From: Lama glama
Lineage: Eukaryota
Direction: 5' to 3'
DNA length: 64,000 bases
NCBI GenBank assembly: GCA_028534125.1
Contig: CM052818.1
Coordinates: 32,366,001 to 32,430,000 of the forward strand
Shown: piece by piece, positions 13,629-27,320 of the stretch
How positions within the stretch are numbered: the stretch's first letter is position 1
How the letters are laid out: each line of letters begins with the position of its first letter
Made by a program: the position numbers and the translations under genes
The notes under the pieces: generated by a model
Told to the model about the DNA's origin: nothing
Seen by the model: only the letters and a program-made list of their open reading frames with translations
Database searches by the model: none

Positions 13629-13800
13629 CAGTGCTTCTCAGACGGGAAGGTGCACAGGACTCACCCGGAGGGCATTAAAAATGCAGATTCTGATTCAGTA
13701 GAGCGTGGAGTGGGGTGCCTAGGGAGAAGAGATTCTATACTTCTAACAGTTTCACATTGTGATGCAAATATGGCTGGTCCCTGGACCACACTTTAACTGG
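13629..13800. mobile_element. MER5A DNA transposon
   Basis: cagtgcttctca...aaatgcagattctgattcagtag...ctggtccctggaccacacttt. Confidence 0.75.
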
Positions 13801-14439
13801 CAAAAGGTTAGGGGACTGAACCCACTCCCATTCCATTCAGCAAATAAGTATTGAGGTCCGACAATGTGCCAAGCACTGAGTAGGCGCTTGGGCTGGATGA
13901 ACCGAGAAAGCGATGATCAAAGAATGTCGCCAGGGCCAGCACTGTGCTCAGCAGTGGTCCCAGCAGCAATTTCCCCAACCCGGCGTGATCCGCCAATGGG
14001 TCTGTTCTGGCGCCCACCCCACAGACTTCCTCAGGACTGGCTTCTTGCTGAGCACATGCCCTCATGCACTTAAAGTAGTGGAAGTCCTCTCAGCACCCCG
14101 CCCACCCTTCAAGGCTTTAATTGTCACATAAATTGCTGGTTGACCTAACTATTTTGCCTACCTCATCTCCTTTATTCAATCAACCAAAAACAAAGGGGCT
14201 TCCAATCCCAGCTCACCCTGGATCCTCTGCCAAGTTAGGATAAGGATTAGCTTCCAGAAGGAGAGAATGCCAAGGGTTCTTCTTATTCCTGTCCCAGTGG
14301 AAGGTATAGGCATTTCCAGAGAGACAGCTAGGGACCTGTCTCTGCCCCATAGGGCAGTGTTGGCTGTTTCAGCCCATCCCTGATGATTTCCCCTGTCCCA
14401 GGTATGAATGACAATTAATAATGCCACCACCACTCTATA

Positions 14440-14625
14440 TTTGCTCAATTCTGTTTACAAAATGTTTCCACACTCTCTCCCTTACCTTGTCCTGGAACAG
14501 CCCTGTGAAATATATGCTAGTATTACCCCACTTTACAGATGAGGGAGCTGAGGCTCTGGGGAAGGGAATGACTTGCCTGAGGTCACACTATAGCAAGCGG
14601 TGAGGCGGTGAGTAGGGTCCAGGTG
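14440..14625 (-). mobile_element. MIR SINE
   Basis: tattaccccactttacagatgagggagctgaggct...gacttgcctgaggtcacac. Confidence 0.7.
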
Positions 14626-15535
14626 TCCAGATTTCAGTGCTGATGAGGCACCAACGCCCATAAGTCAGGCTGAGTCAGTCCTCTGCATCCAGCTCCTAAA
14701 AGGGTAAGGACGGAGGGATACGGTGTGCAGGACCCTGCCCAGTGCTGCCTCCTTCTTCTACTGGGAGCCCATCGCCTACTGGAATCTTCCACCATAGTCG
14801 GGGGTTTAAAACAGATGTGTGAAGGACACTTCATGGAAGGTCACTTCCAGCTACCAGTTAGTTTTTGCAAAAGAATTGAATGTAAGGTCCCTTGAGGGGG
14901 GCATGAAAAATAAAACAAAAAGATCTCCTTAGCTTTTGGATTTTTAATCAGAGGAACATACGGGGCTTGGGTGGGGGATGATTTTTTCAGGGGGGTATAA
15001 ATGGGAAGAGATGCTCAAAGTCAGTGACAGCCTGTTTTAATTTATAATTCTGCCTCTGTGTGAAATGCACAGAGAATCAGGGGGAAATGAGTAATAATTC
15101 ACTAAGGTGCTGTCACAGCCAGGAAGCGTTAGGGCCCTCTTTGTCAGCCTGCTGTTGCCAAGAAGGCTGAGACAGGAAGGACACGGAGAGCAGTGGTCCA
15201 GCTGGAGAGTGCCTTTCCCCCTGAAGGGAGACAGCCCCCCTAGCCGGGGCTGTTGGGTCTATCAGGATAGCCTGGAATGTCCCACTAATGCCTCCGAGCT
15301 GAGAGCCTTCCCTGCAACCATTCTCCACATAAGCTGGAGAGAGTGAGCTGTCTCTCACTCTCTTCCCCTGCCTGCCTCCCTCTGTGGGCCGGGGGAAATA
15401 TATGGTCTATGGAGCTGACTGTGGCCTCTTTAATGGGACCTGAGGTCAGGCTGATGTAGAGAAAAGCATAACGGGGCCCTTTATGCTGAGCCAACAGATG
15501 ATGATATAAAGAGGCCCTAGGGCCTGCATTTGCTT

Positions 15536-15890
15536 GGTCAGGATAGGCTAGGTTATGCTGCAGTAATAAACTACCCCCAGATTTCAGTGGTTTAATGTAA
15601 CGTTTAAAGTACCTATTCCCTGAAGGTTGCGCTGAGAGGGGCCTCTGCCGCACAGGATCTCTCAGGGTCCCTGCTGGCAGACGTGCCACCATCGCACAGC
15701 AGTGCCCCCGGGGAGAGCTCTCCTTGGCAGCTTCAACAGGGGAAGAGAGAGACTGAAAATTACACCAGGGCTTTTCCCAGTCTCAATCCAGAGGAGATGC
15801 ACATCACTTCCAGTCACATTTTATTGGCCAGAGCCAGCTTCACTTAACCGCAAGGGGCTTGGGAAATAAAGGAGAGCAGATGGACAGCTT
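15536..15890 (-). mobile_element. MLT1J/K-like MaLR LTR
   Basis: gtcaggataggctaggttatgctgcagtaataaac...catcacttccagtcacattttattggccagagc. Confidence 0.7.
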
Positions 15891-16059
15891 TGAACAATAT
15901 GTGTACCTGCAGACAAGGGTGGTTTGAGGGATCTAAACCAACTCCCAGCCAACACTACCACTGCCACCACCACATTCTTACTGTGCCAACCATTAGAAAT
16001 GTATTTCAATGAGTTACACATTAGCTTTTCTAGAGTCATGTTCATGGTGAGTCTGTATA

Positions 16060-16215
16060 AAGAGCACAGAATTTAGAAACAGAAGAGCTGAGTTCAAATC
16101 CCAGCTGAGTTACATGTTGGCTGTGTGACCTTGGTCAGGCTGCTTAACATCTCTGAGCCTCTGCCTTGTCATGTATAAAACTGGGTTAACAGTAGCCATG
16201 CTATGGAGCTGTTGT
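16060..16215 (+). mobile_element. MIR SINE
   Basis: ctgagttcaaatcccagct...ctgtgtgaccttggtcagg...cttaacatctctgagcct. Confidence 0.7.
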
Positions 16216-16402
16216 TATTGTTATTTTCTGAAGAGCAGGAGAGTAAACCAGCACATGTACAAGTTAAGGATTGGGCTTCTCTTCACCAGGAGCATCATTA
16301 GGAGGGCTGGCTGGGGAGCTGTTATTAATGAGGATAACTGGTCATGCCTAGCCAGTTTTACTTGATGTTGGCATATTCTGCCTTTAGCAGTCCTGGAAAT
16401 GA

Positions 16403-16711
<309 letters not shown>

Positions 16712-17404
16712 TAAAGCCAAGGCTGATGTCCCCTTTTGATCCTTAAAATGAGAACTTTGATGAAGGATCTTTCTTAGCTAAAAGACAAGAATAACGGCAG
16801 CAATAGTAACAATCAGTCCATTCAGTGGACGTTTACTGAAGCTTACTCGGTGTCAGGCACAGGACTCATTGCCAGATAAGGAAAACCATAGCCCTCTTTA
16901 TGACTGGGGAGGCTGAGGCTCAGGGAAGCCTTGTGTCATCTGCCCTGGGTTGTGCCCTGGGAACCTTGCAGCATATCTGGTTCGTTCCCTGCCGCCCAGC
17001 CTCCCCAGCTATACCCCCCACCCTTCTGTATTTACCTGCTGCTTTTTATGGAGCCAGAGACCCTCATACCAAAATTCCTGTCTTTCCAAGCAAAGATCAT
17101 ACATCCTACAGATTCCTTTAATTGCAGAGCCCTGCAGTTCTGTCCTCAGTCCCCAGAGCTAGCTGCATCTAGTGATTTGGCTTTTGGCCCCTTTAGAAAG
17201 GAGGCTGAGTTGTTGCAGCCGCGGGGGAGTTCTGCCGGGCCTCCCCCAGAGACAGAGGCCCCTGCTTCTCCTCCTGGTGTCCTCACCGCACGGCATCCTC
17301 AGCGCCGCGTCTGTGGGAGCAGAGAAGAGAACCGGAGCTCCAAGCTAGACGTGATCTTCCCACCTCTGCTCTCAGTCTGATAGTCCCCGACAGCACCCAG
17401 AGCT

Positions 17405-17750
17405 AACAGATGACCAGCCTTGCTGAATACCTCCAGTGACAGGGCTCTCAGTGCCCCATTTGACAGCTCAGAGTCACTCACCAGTTCTCCTTAGCTGGAG
17501 ATAAGCCACACCCACTCTGTAAGTTCTATTCATTGATCGTGATTTCTGGCTCCTGGAGCCCCACAGAACTAAACTTCATCCTCTCCCCAAGAGGCAGCCC
17601 TTATTCGAGTACAACCGTTGCAGACTACCCACCACAAAAGGCCCTTTCTCTCCTTGGTCACATTACCCAGCTCTTTGAATTTTCCTCAAGGTTGGGAAGT
17701 GTGCTTTCTAAGATTTCTGGCCTGTCCTAGTTACTCTGCTCTGGGCCCAT
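17405..17750 (-). mobile_element. L3/CR1 LINE fragment in intron 7
   Basis: ccagccttgctgaatacctccagtgacagggctctca...gacagctc...ggcagccctt resembles the recalled L3 consensus. Confidence 0.6.
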
Positions 17751-18433
17751 CTGAATTTGTTACTTGGAAGTAACTCAATAAAGACTTAGCTAAGAGATAG
17801 AAAGAAGATGTGAATGACTGAAGTCCTGTTTGGCATTCTTTGAGGCCCCTAAAAGTTGTGGGCTCACTCTGGCCCCATCTCCATAGCACCTACTGTCTGC
17901 AGGATACCCCACAGCTCCTGGAGATTTACAGGTGCATCTTGCCACCACCGCAGGGGCTGGGGGCTCATGTTCCACCAGGTTTTCAGGCAGCTCAGTGCCT
18001 GAAACAATAAATGAGTCTTCCTGGTCAGGGCATGGAGCACAGGATAACCTAGCTCCAGAGCAGGGAGAAGAGAGTGAAAGTTCAGAGACCATTGGAGGGC
18101 AAAGCGCTGGCATGACTGGAAATGGGGAGAGATGGGCCCCGGGGAGCCCAGCATGCTTCAGGCTGCTCCGAGACCATGGGCTGAAGCTGGTGACCTTGGG
18201 AGATCAGGGCTTGCAGTAATCCAGATGTATGGCGTTGGGACATCACAGGATATGGAATGAAGACCTTGGCGTGAGCCGGGTTTTGTAGGCAATGATAAGT
18301 AGTGTGTCTTATCCATTGAAGGCAGCAGAAACCAGTGTCCTCAGAGATTTTCCAAGGCTAGAGAGGAATGGTTCAGGGCCCATTAACTCTGCACCCCAAG
18401 GCCCTTCAGGGCACAAGGATGGTACATTTTTGA

Positions 18434-18631
<198 letters not shown>

Positions 18632-19111
18632 TGAGCAAAGTAGCCTGATGGCCAGACAGCTTGTTCTCCTGCGGGAGGACAAGAGGGCCATTTGTGCCAT
18701 CTTCTAGACAGAGAGTAGCCATCAACGTGGTGAAGTCCCGTCTGCAGGGAATCTTCCCTTAAACACCATACTCAGCTGCACTGAACTATTTGCAGTAGGA
18801 CCTTGATTTAAGCAAACCCTTCAAACTTTTTCAAGGCATAACAAGGGGAGCATAACAGCGACTTTCTACAGAGTCCTTTGTAAAAATACCAGTCTCTTGT
18901 AATACATTTCAAATTTTGTAAAGCAGCAAAACTTTGACTTACATAAATTCCACTAAGGCATCAGTGGCATTCAGTGAGGAACCTCCAGAGCCACCTTACC
19001 CAAACAGTTCATGTAACTGTTACCGCTTTAGTGTGAGGACTGGTGAACTGGTGCCATGTTTCTCAGCACAAGCATATTCTCTAGAGACCAGGAGATGTGC
19101 GTAGACCCCCA

Positions 19112-19350
19112 CATAGCCCAGTGATTAAGCTTGTGAACCCTGGAATCAACTACCTGAGTCCAAGCCAGCTCCCACCACTGACTGGCTATACAGTTTCTTT
19201 GGTCAGTTAATAACCTCTCAGAGCCTCAGATTGCTCACCTGGAAAGTAGGGACAATAAAAGTGCCTACCCCAAGGAGGAGAGGCTTAAATAGGTTAATAT
19301 ATGTCAAGGGCTTATCACAGGGTCTGGCACAAAGTAAGTACTACAACAGT
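19112..19350 (+). mobile_element. MIR SINE, near full length
   Basis: catagcccagtgattaagc...taacctctcagagcctcag...gtctggcacaaagtaagtact. Confidence 0.7.
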
Positions 19351-21139
19351 TAGCCAACAATGCCTGGTACCCTGTATAAACAGACAAAGGAGAATGGGGG
19401 AGGAGGAAGAAGACTTTAGCCAAAAACCAGGCTCCACACTCTGGGAGAGCCGGCCATGCCTGTGCTTTTTCGCACTCCCCGCCAGGCACCTTGTCAACAT
19501 CTTGCACGTAGTAGAAAGCCAACACATAGCTTAGATCTGGCCAGTCCTCTCTTTCTGGAAACTCACAGGAGAAATTTCTTTCTGGCTTCATTTCAGGAAT
19601 AGCTATGTGCTCCCTGAACAATTTATTTCCTTTCAAGTTGCAGACATTGTGAAACTGACCAGATTCTCCCCCTCCACGGGCTGGTAGAAATCCCGGGCAG
19701 GTGGGGCTTGGACCAGCAGTGGTGCAGGAAACATGCTTCCCCTGCCTAGAGGTACAGGCAAAATCAAGCCCTCAAGGCTTTTTGTGAAATTAAAGCTAAC
19801 TGACATAAAACAAAGAAGAATGGAAAAGATGTATCAAAGAATTTGTTTAAATCAGAAGAATGGTTGAATTAAATCTGAGGTGTTACCCAGTAGGCAAATA
19901 GGGATTTGTGATGGGCGTTTGTAGCAGCCTCACTTCTGGTTAGGTTTTCTAACTCGGCATTTGCCCCATCGTTCTCTCCCTCTACCAGGTTATGCTCTCC
20001 GACTAGATTTTATGTGACTCTGTGAGCCACCTTAAATCCTTTCTGGAAGAAGTCAGGGCACAAATAAATAGATTCATTACGTTAAATTGTATATGAGAAA
20101 CCATGCTCTCCGATGCAGATGGTGGAATTACTCAGTCATCATTGATATTTCTTGGGTGCCTCAGAGCAGCACCTAGAAAAGAAGGCTTCATAATAGGAAA
20201 TCTAAATGAGGAAGGTTGGTTGGCCCATCTGCGAGGACAGGGGGGATCCTTAAAAGCATTTCATCTTTAAATGTCTTTTTCACTAGATTTCGTATGAGCC
20301 TGATTTCGGAAAAAGAAATGTCAAGGTAAAAATGATATTTTTTAATACTTCATCATTTTTCTAATAACCTTTGGGTTGATCAATAGCTTAAACAGGCGTT
20401 TTGTTTCACTGGGCTGTTTTATTATTCCTCTGGTCAGATTTGCTCTGGGCTCTTTCTGCTATTTCCTGCCGGGAACGGAACTTGGCTCAGCACAAGGAGT
20501 GAGGGGAAGGCAGTGAGTCCATTCTGCTCAGTTATTCCAAATTCAGGTTTCCATACCATTCCTCTCAGGCTGATAGGTCTTTGAATTCTCGATATTCGGG
20601 GAAATGTTTTCATCAGAAAAATAAATGGCCAAAATAGAAATATGCATTTTCAGGTTTGTAAGCCCTGCCATTTATTTCACTCAGTCCTAAGTGCAAAAGG
20701 CGGGAAGTTGGTTTCCTTCTCCCAGGTTGGCTGAACATTGGTGATGGGGAAACGGATGTTGCATTGCTGTGTGAGACTGTGAGGTTAACTTGGGGCCTTC
20801 AAACCCCCCAACTCCAAAGAGGCCTCCGCTGGCTATGGGGCCCCAGTGCAGGAAGGTGGACACTAGGTAGAGCCATGGGTTAAGATGTCTGATGAGGGTC
20901 AGGCCCAGAGGGTCAGGAGGCTGGCTGAGCTGAGCTCTGGGGCTGACACCCCCCACTGAGCACCTTCTCTAAACCCTGACAGTCCTGATCCCTGGGACCG
21001 CCAGGGACTTGAAGTAATTGCACAATAGTTCAAAATGCTCCCTCAAGAAACCCACAATCATCAGTGGATTTCCGTAGAGAAACTGGTGTTGCCTTCAGTG
21101 CATTTTCTTGAAAATCTAGCTATGAGCTAACCAGTAGGT

Positions 21140-21295
21140 CTGTGTTTCTCCAGTTACAGTCACTTGGAAAATGTAATAAATGCAGACTCTTGGGTCCCAC
21201 CCCAGACCTCCTGAATGACATCACCATTTGGGGCCTGGGGATCTGTATTTTCAAACCCCGCCCTCGGTAATTTGGATGCACACTGAAACTTAAGA
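21140..21295. mobile_element. MER5-like DNA transposon
   Basis: aaatgcagactcttgggtcccaccccagacctcctgaat...tggggcctggggatctgtattttcaaa. Confidence 0.65.
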
Positions 21296-22873
21296 GGGGC
21301 TGGCCATAGGTGTCCTTTCTGGTTGTGATCGAAATTCGTTCTGAGCCCATGCTGAAAGTTAGCCTCCATTACCTGTGCTGCCAAAGAGCATGATGTGATT
21401 TGCCTTTTAGAAAGATGAGTTAGAGAAGGGGTTAGACATGATGGGGTGGGGGACAGAGGTGGTGGAGACAAAAGGGGCTGGGAGAGCACCTTAGAGCCTA
21501 TGTGGAGCCAGGTCAGATGCCCACCAACAATGGAGACATAGTCAGGGTGTGCTTTTGTGCCAGTCAGCTTCTAGGATATTCCAAAAGCATGCCAGCTCCA
21601 GCCTCCTCCCTCCAGACCCCTGCAGCCACCTCAGCCAGCTGCCTCTCTCTGCTGTCTGGCCATGGTGCAGACAATGCCTCCTCCATGGCTCTGCAGGGTT
21701 GCATATGGGGCATGAATATTTAAAGACCTCTGCCTAGCCCAGCCGTAAACAAGGGAGCCCTGGGGGATTTCTTGTCCCCCACCCACCCCACCCACAATCT
21801 ATATTTTCTGCTGGAAACTGGGAAACTGCTTGCAACATACTCAGATTTTATTTTATTTTTATTTTCATTTTGCTGAGCTCCAGTTCAAATAATTCAAGTT
21901 GCCACTGGGGAGGGGAGCCTCGTGGTGACTTTCATGTGTTCACTCGCTGTCAGAACTGCTCGTGTAGGGCTGTGGCTGGGAGACACACTCGGATGTGTCT
22001 AGCATTGCAGCTGCTGGTAATAAAAAGGATGGGAGAGTGGCAGGGGCTGTCTCTGCCCCTCCCCCTGCCTTTCACACATCCTAGAAGCCTGAATGCCTCA
22101 GCAAGCCCCATGTGGTTTGAAATTCTATTTTATTTGAATAGCCTGCCTGTGACTAGAATATTTTAAACCATGTTCTCAGGACAGAACAAGGCCTGGGAGG
22201 GTGGAATGTGGGGTTCCCTCAATCTCGTTCCCCTCCAAAACAGGGAAGTAGTTTTCCTTCTATGAGCTGGACCTGACCTACTTAATTTGCAGCGACACCG
22301 TAGGGCAGGGCAGTTCCCAGCTGCTGCTGGTTTTCTGACCTTGAGGAAGCTACAGCCACCTCTGTCCTCTCCCTACACACAAGTGTGGACACACAGACAC
22401 ACAGGCACTGGGACCTGGAACATACCTGGGCCTTTCTGCCCCTGACCTCAGTCCTGTGGTGATAAAAACTTTAATTAGCCACTGGAGGCTGCTGATAGCA
22501 GGACAGAGGAGCATGGAAGAGGAGCCTGGCATCTGGAACTGCCCTCTGCCATCTGTTTAGTTCTGCTCAAAGCCCTGCTGAGGAGGAGCCCCCTATGGGG
22601 CAGGGCCTCCAGGACTGGAGGCTAGGGAATTTTTCAGCAAATTGCTCTCTGGTTTGACTTTGTGAGGCTTTTCAGGTTGCTGGTGATCGTTCCTGGACAC
22701 AGGGCCCATTCTTTCCCTGGGGATTTGGCTGGTGGGGCATTCTCCAGCATCTTGGTTTAACTAGGCAGCAAAATACAGTGAGTGTCATGGCTGCGTTGAT
22801 AGGGCTTATTCAAGCTGGCCTCACTCCATCCCCATGGGCAAATAGGACTTCCGGATAGGAAGTAGAGAAACTT

Positions 22874-22890
22874 TGTGACTGCTGTGTTTT
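22874..22890. repeat. L1 target-site duplication, left copy (tgtgactgctgtgtttt)
   Basis: Identical 17-mer at 24361-24377. Confidence 0.93.
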
Positions 22891-24360
22891 TTGTTTTTTA
22901 ACGTTTTTTATTGATTTATAATCATTTTACAATGTGTCAAATTCCAGTGTAAAGCACAATTTTTCAGTTATACATGAACATATATATATATTCATTGTCA
23001 CATTTTTTTCTCAGTGAGCTACCATACGATCTTGTGTATATTTCCCTGTGCTATACAGTATAATCTTGTTTATCTATTCTACAATTTTGAAATCCCGTCT
23101 ATCCCTTCCCACTCTCCACCCCCTTGGCAACTACAAGTTTGTATTCTATGTCTATGAGTCTATTTCTGTTTTGTATTTATGCTTTGTTTGGTTGTTTTTT
23201 TTTAGATTCCACATATGAGCAATCTCATATGGTATTTTTCTTCCTTTTTCTGGCTTACTTCACTTAGAATGACATTCTCCAGGAACATACATGTTGCTGC
23301 AAATGGCGTTATGTTGTCAGGTTTTATGGCGGAGTAGTATTCCATTGTATAAATGTACCACTTCTTCTTTATCCAGTCATCTGTTGATGGACATTTAGGC
23401 TGTTTCCATGTCTTGGCTATTGTAAATAGTGCTGCTATGAACATTGGGGTGCAGGTGTCATTTTGAAGTAGGGTTCCTTCTGGATATATGCCAGGAGTGG
23501 GATTCCTGGGTCATACAGTAAGTCTATTCCTAGTCTTTTGAGGAATCTCCATACTGTTTTCCACAGTGGCTGCACCAAATTGCATTCCCACCAGCAGTGT
23601 AGGAGGGTTCCCCTTTCTCCACAGCCTCTCCAGCATTTGTCATTTGTGGATTTCTGAATGATGGCCATTCTGACTGGTGTGAGGTGATACCTCATTGTAG
23701 TTTTGATTTGCGTTTCTCTGATAATTAGTGATATTGAGCATTTTTTCATGTGCCTGTTGATTTGTATGTCTTCCTTGGAGAATTGCTTGTTTAGGTCTTT
23801 TGCTCATTTTTAGATTGGGTGGTTTGTTTGTTTCTTACTAAGTCGTATGAGCTGCTTATATATTCTGGAGATCAAGCCTTTGTCGATTTCATTTGCAAAA
23901 ATTTTCTCCCGTTCCGTAGGTTGTCTTTTTGTTTTACTTCTGGTTTCCTTTGCTGTGCAGAAGCTTGTAAGTTTCGTTAGGTCCCACTTGTTTATTCTTG
24001 CTTTTATTTCTATTGCTTGAGTAGACTGTTCTAGGAGAACATTTTTGAGATGTATGTGAGATACTGTTTTGCCTATATTTTCTTCTAGGAGGTTTATTGT
24101 ATTTTGTCTTATGTTTAAGTCTTTGATCCATTTTGGGTTTATTTTTGTGTATGGTGTAAGGGAGTGTTCTAGCTTCATTGCTTTACGTGCTGCTGTCCAG
24201 GTTTCCCAACACCATTTGCTGAAGACACTGTCTTTATTCCATTGTATATTCTTGCCTCCTTTGTCAAAGATTAGTTGACCAAAAGTTTGTGGGTTCATTT
24301 CTGGGCTCTCTATTCTGTTCCATTGGTCTATATGTCTGTTTTTGTACCAATACCATGCTG
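22891..24360 (-). mobile_element. Young 5'-truncated LINE-1 (ORF2 C-terminus + 3' UTR), antisense to ALK, probably a camelid L1 family
   Basis: ORFs 23810..24298, 23435..23749 and 23202..23444 are L1 ORF2 pieces ([61 protein letters not shown]...ICGI*), broken by frameshift/stop. A-rich tail reads as T-run at about 22891-22910. Flanked by a perfect TSD. Confidence 0.96.
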
Positions 24361-24377
24361 TGTGACTGCTGTGTTTT
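24361..24377. repeat. L1 target-site duplication, right copy
   Basis: tgtgactgctgtgtttt followed by aa, giving the canonical L1 endonuclease site TTTT/AA. Confidence 0.93.
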
Positions 24378-25842
24378 AACGGTTTATTAAACTCAATGGC
24401 AGTATGCCCCTTGGAAAGGCAAGGAAAGGAGAAAAAGAGTAATAATAATTACTAAAGGGTGGCTTGAGGTAGAGGCAAAAACCAAAGCTGAAGGGCTGTC
24501 TCTTCCTTTGTCAGGCCCACTAAATCCTCGAGGGTGCGTGCAGGGCTGCCCAGGGGATGGGAGCAGCCCACCTCCACGGGACAGGAAAGAAATGTACCCA
24601 GAGGTGAACAGCCAGTACCTGCAAGATCAAGATCAAAGTCAGAGCTTATGACTCCGAGCCTCATGCTCTTTCTGTCACATTGTCCTGCCCCTGCCGGGGG
24701 CAGGTGGTACCTTCTCAGCTTCCAGCAATTGATGTGGGCCTTAAAAGCATCCCTGAGGACTGGCATGGCACTCATGTAACTCAGAGCCCTCACTCTACCT
24801 CACCATAGATGATTCCTCATCTCTGGAGGCAGGAAGGAAATTAATACCAATCATGTTGTAACAGACTAGTTACCTACCTCATCTCTTCAGGTCGCTGAGT
24901 CTGATTCCTGAGCAACCATGGGGATGTTGCCACTCATCCGCAGGACTCCAGTGTCATTTGTGCCTTGTTCACAGCCCCACGTGCTGTCACTTAGCAAATC
25001 AGGAAGAAGAAGCTATTCCAAGAGGCCTTGGGAGCTTGATCCTGGATGTAGTTGTCATTTCCTGGATCCATCCCATCTTCTATGTAGAACATGTGCCCAC
25101 CTGGGGAAAAGGAAGTGGCACCCTTCCCCTCTTCCTACTCACCCATCCTCCCCTGTGTCTTGGCTGACCAGTAGGAGAACAGGCAGCTTCTTCTGAGTCC
25201 ACCTAGGGCAGCCTCCACCCTTATGTGTGTGAGCAGTGCTGCACAAGCACTTCGTGGTGGCTGTAGAAACCCTCTTTTTAAGTAGTTGGGGCCCAGTGCC
25301 GAGCTGGGGGGATTCTGGAGTAACACTATCCCCAATCCCTCTCCCACGAGCCTGAGCACCTTTGTCAGGTATTTGAGGACTGGATAGCCAGCTCCCATCT
25401 CAGTGAACGCTGTGACATTCACTGCAGTGACAGAAGACTCACTGACTCATGAATAAGTCCTGCTCACCTTTGGACAGCTCCGGGCTTCAGTGTTTGCCTG
25501 AATTAAGAGCACATTCAGCTAGACTTGGCAGGGCTTGTTTTCACATTCTCTGCACCACTCCTCTTCCAGCTTTGGGGATCTTTGAAGAACCAGCTAGCTA
25601 GCTAAGTGACATCCAGCTGGGCTGTCCATCTCTGCCTGGGACATCATGGTCGGCCTGGCAGGAAGCACGGTGCCCCTCTGGCTCCCGTGGGGTGATGCTG
25701 ACGTCTGAAGCAAGTCAGAGCAGTGTGGCAGCCCCAGGCAGCTGCCTCCCTCCTGCCCCAAGGCCCAACAGCCATGACATCTCCCGTGTCCAGAGGACTC
25801 CAGCTGGTCCTGCGGGGCCAGGACAAAAGGAGCATCACTGAG

Positions 25843-26075
25843 GCAGTGTGGTGTGGTGGAAAGAGCAGTGCCTTGAGGTCACATAGACCTTGGTGGAATC
25901 CTGTCACTTTCTAGCGGGGTGACCTTGTGCAAATCACCTCACTCTTCTTAGCTTCAGTATCCCCTGCAGGGCTGTTGAGAGAAACAAGTAGATGAGATAG
26001 AAAAAGTGCTTGGCCCATATCTGGACACAGAGTAGATGCTTAATAAACGTGGCTTCTGCTCATCCACTGCTGCTA
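25843..26075 (+). mobile_element. MIR SINE
   Basis: gcagtgtggtgtggtggaaagagca...gtgaccttgtgcaaatcac...acacagagtagatgcttaataaa. Confidence 0.7.
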
Positions 26076-26553
26076 TTACTGTTATTGTCTGACTTCGGTG
26101 ATGCTGCCAAGGATCCTGACTCTCGAGGATCTGGTCAGGGGCGGCGCCCTCTGGACAACAAGGGAGGCAGCCGGGACGGGACCAGAAAGGCAGCACGGAG
26201 CTTGGCTGGGTTGGCTGAGGAACCTGGCGGCAGGGCTGAGGAAGGGAAGGGCACAGTGGGGCCTCACTCAGGCAGTGGGCCCAAAGGTACTCATTTCAAA
26301 CCCACCACATGGCCAGCTGTGCAGGAGACAGACCGCAGGAATCTGGGATCTCTTCAGGGTGTTTATTCAGCAGAAAAGTTAAGAACACTTACTTTCAGTA
26401 TGACAGATCCTGGTCTCCAAGTTATGAACCACTTGACTATGTTACATTAAAAAGCAAGCCAAAATTCTTAACTAGAGCCCTCTAACACCCTAAATCTTTG
26501 TACTTCGGGGCTCAGGAGGGACCCTTAATAACTGCAAAGTAATTAAAGGAGTA

Positions 26554-26899
26554 TAGTAGCCTCCCTTATTGATGGGAAGATGCATTGCAAGACCCCCAGC
26601 GGATACCTGAAACCACAGATAGTACCTAACTCTTATGTACTTTGTTTTTCCGATACTAATGGGTGGGTAGTATGTACTGTGTGAATACAATGGGCAAAAG
26701 GATGATTCATGTCCCATGTGGGATGGAAGGGGTCAGCACGAGATCTCATCATTTTGTTCTGCTACTCAGAATGGTGCAAATTTAAAAATTATGGATTGTT
26801 TATTTCTGGAATTTTCCATTGAATATTTTCGGACTGCAGTTGGCTGTGGGTAACTGAAACTACAGAAAGTGACGAGGAGGAGGAGGAGGAGGACTGCTG
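26554..26899. mobile_element. MER44/Tigger7-type non-autonomous TcMar element, flanked by TA
   Basis: Left end ta|tagtagcctcccttat...caagacccccagcggatacctgaaaccacagatagtacc. Right end gctactcagaatggtgcaaatttaaaa...tttatttctggaattttccatt...ggtaactgaaac...ggactgctg|ta. Confidence 0.8.
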
Positions 26900-26934
26900 T
26901 ATTTTTAAGATAGAGATCCCCTCCTGTGTGGCTG

Positions 26935-27320
26935 GCGCTGTGCTAAATTTCACGTGCGTTATCTCATTACCAAAATAGATTTGTGAGGAACTGTGACCCC
27001 CATTTACTGATGTGGAACCTGAGGCTTAGAAAGCTTAAGTGACTTGCTAGTCACCCTTGCTAATAAGAGATTAGCAGCCAGGATTCACAACAGGTCTGTC
27101 CAACTCCAAAGTCAAACCTGCAAACACTCTAAGGTCACCAGACTTAGGTCACCTGAGTTTGAATCCCAGCACTGCCACCTATTGAGCCATAAGACCGCAG
27201 GCAAGTCAGTCCCCCTAATTAGGGATAAAAGTGTTTGTATTACTTGCTGTAAGGATCAGATGAAAATAAGAAAACTTGTAATCTCTACAATATTACATTT
27301 TATGAATGGCAGCAGTTATT
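26935..27320. mobile_element. Two adjacent MIRs in opposite orientation (- at about 26935-27125, + at about 27140-27320)
   Basis: ccccattttactgatgtggaacctgaggcttaga on one side; cctgagtttgaatcccagcactgccac on the other. Confidence 0.6.

Noticed and set aside
23202..24298. Functional reverse transcriptase or retro-element system
   Set aside because: 5'-truncated L1 lacking promoter, ORF1, EN and RT core, with a frameshift and a stop.
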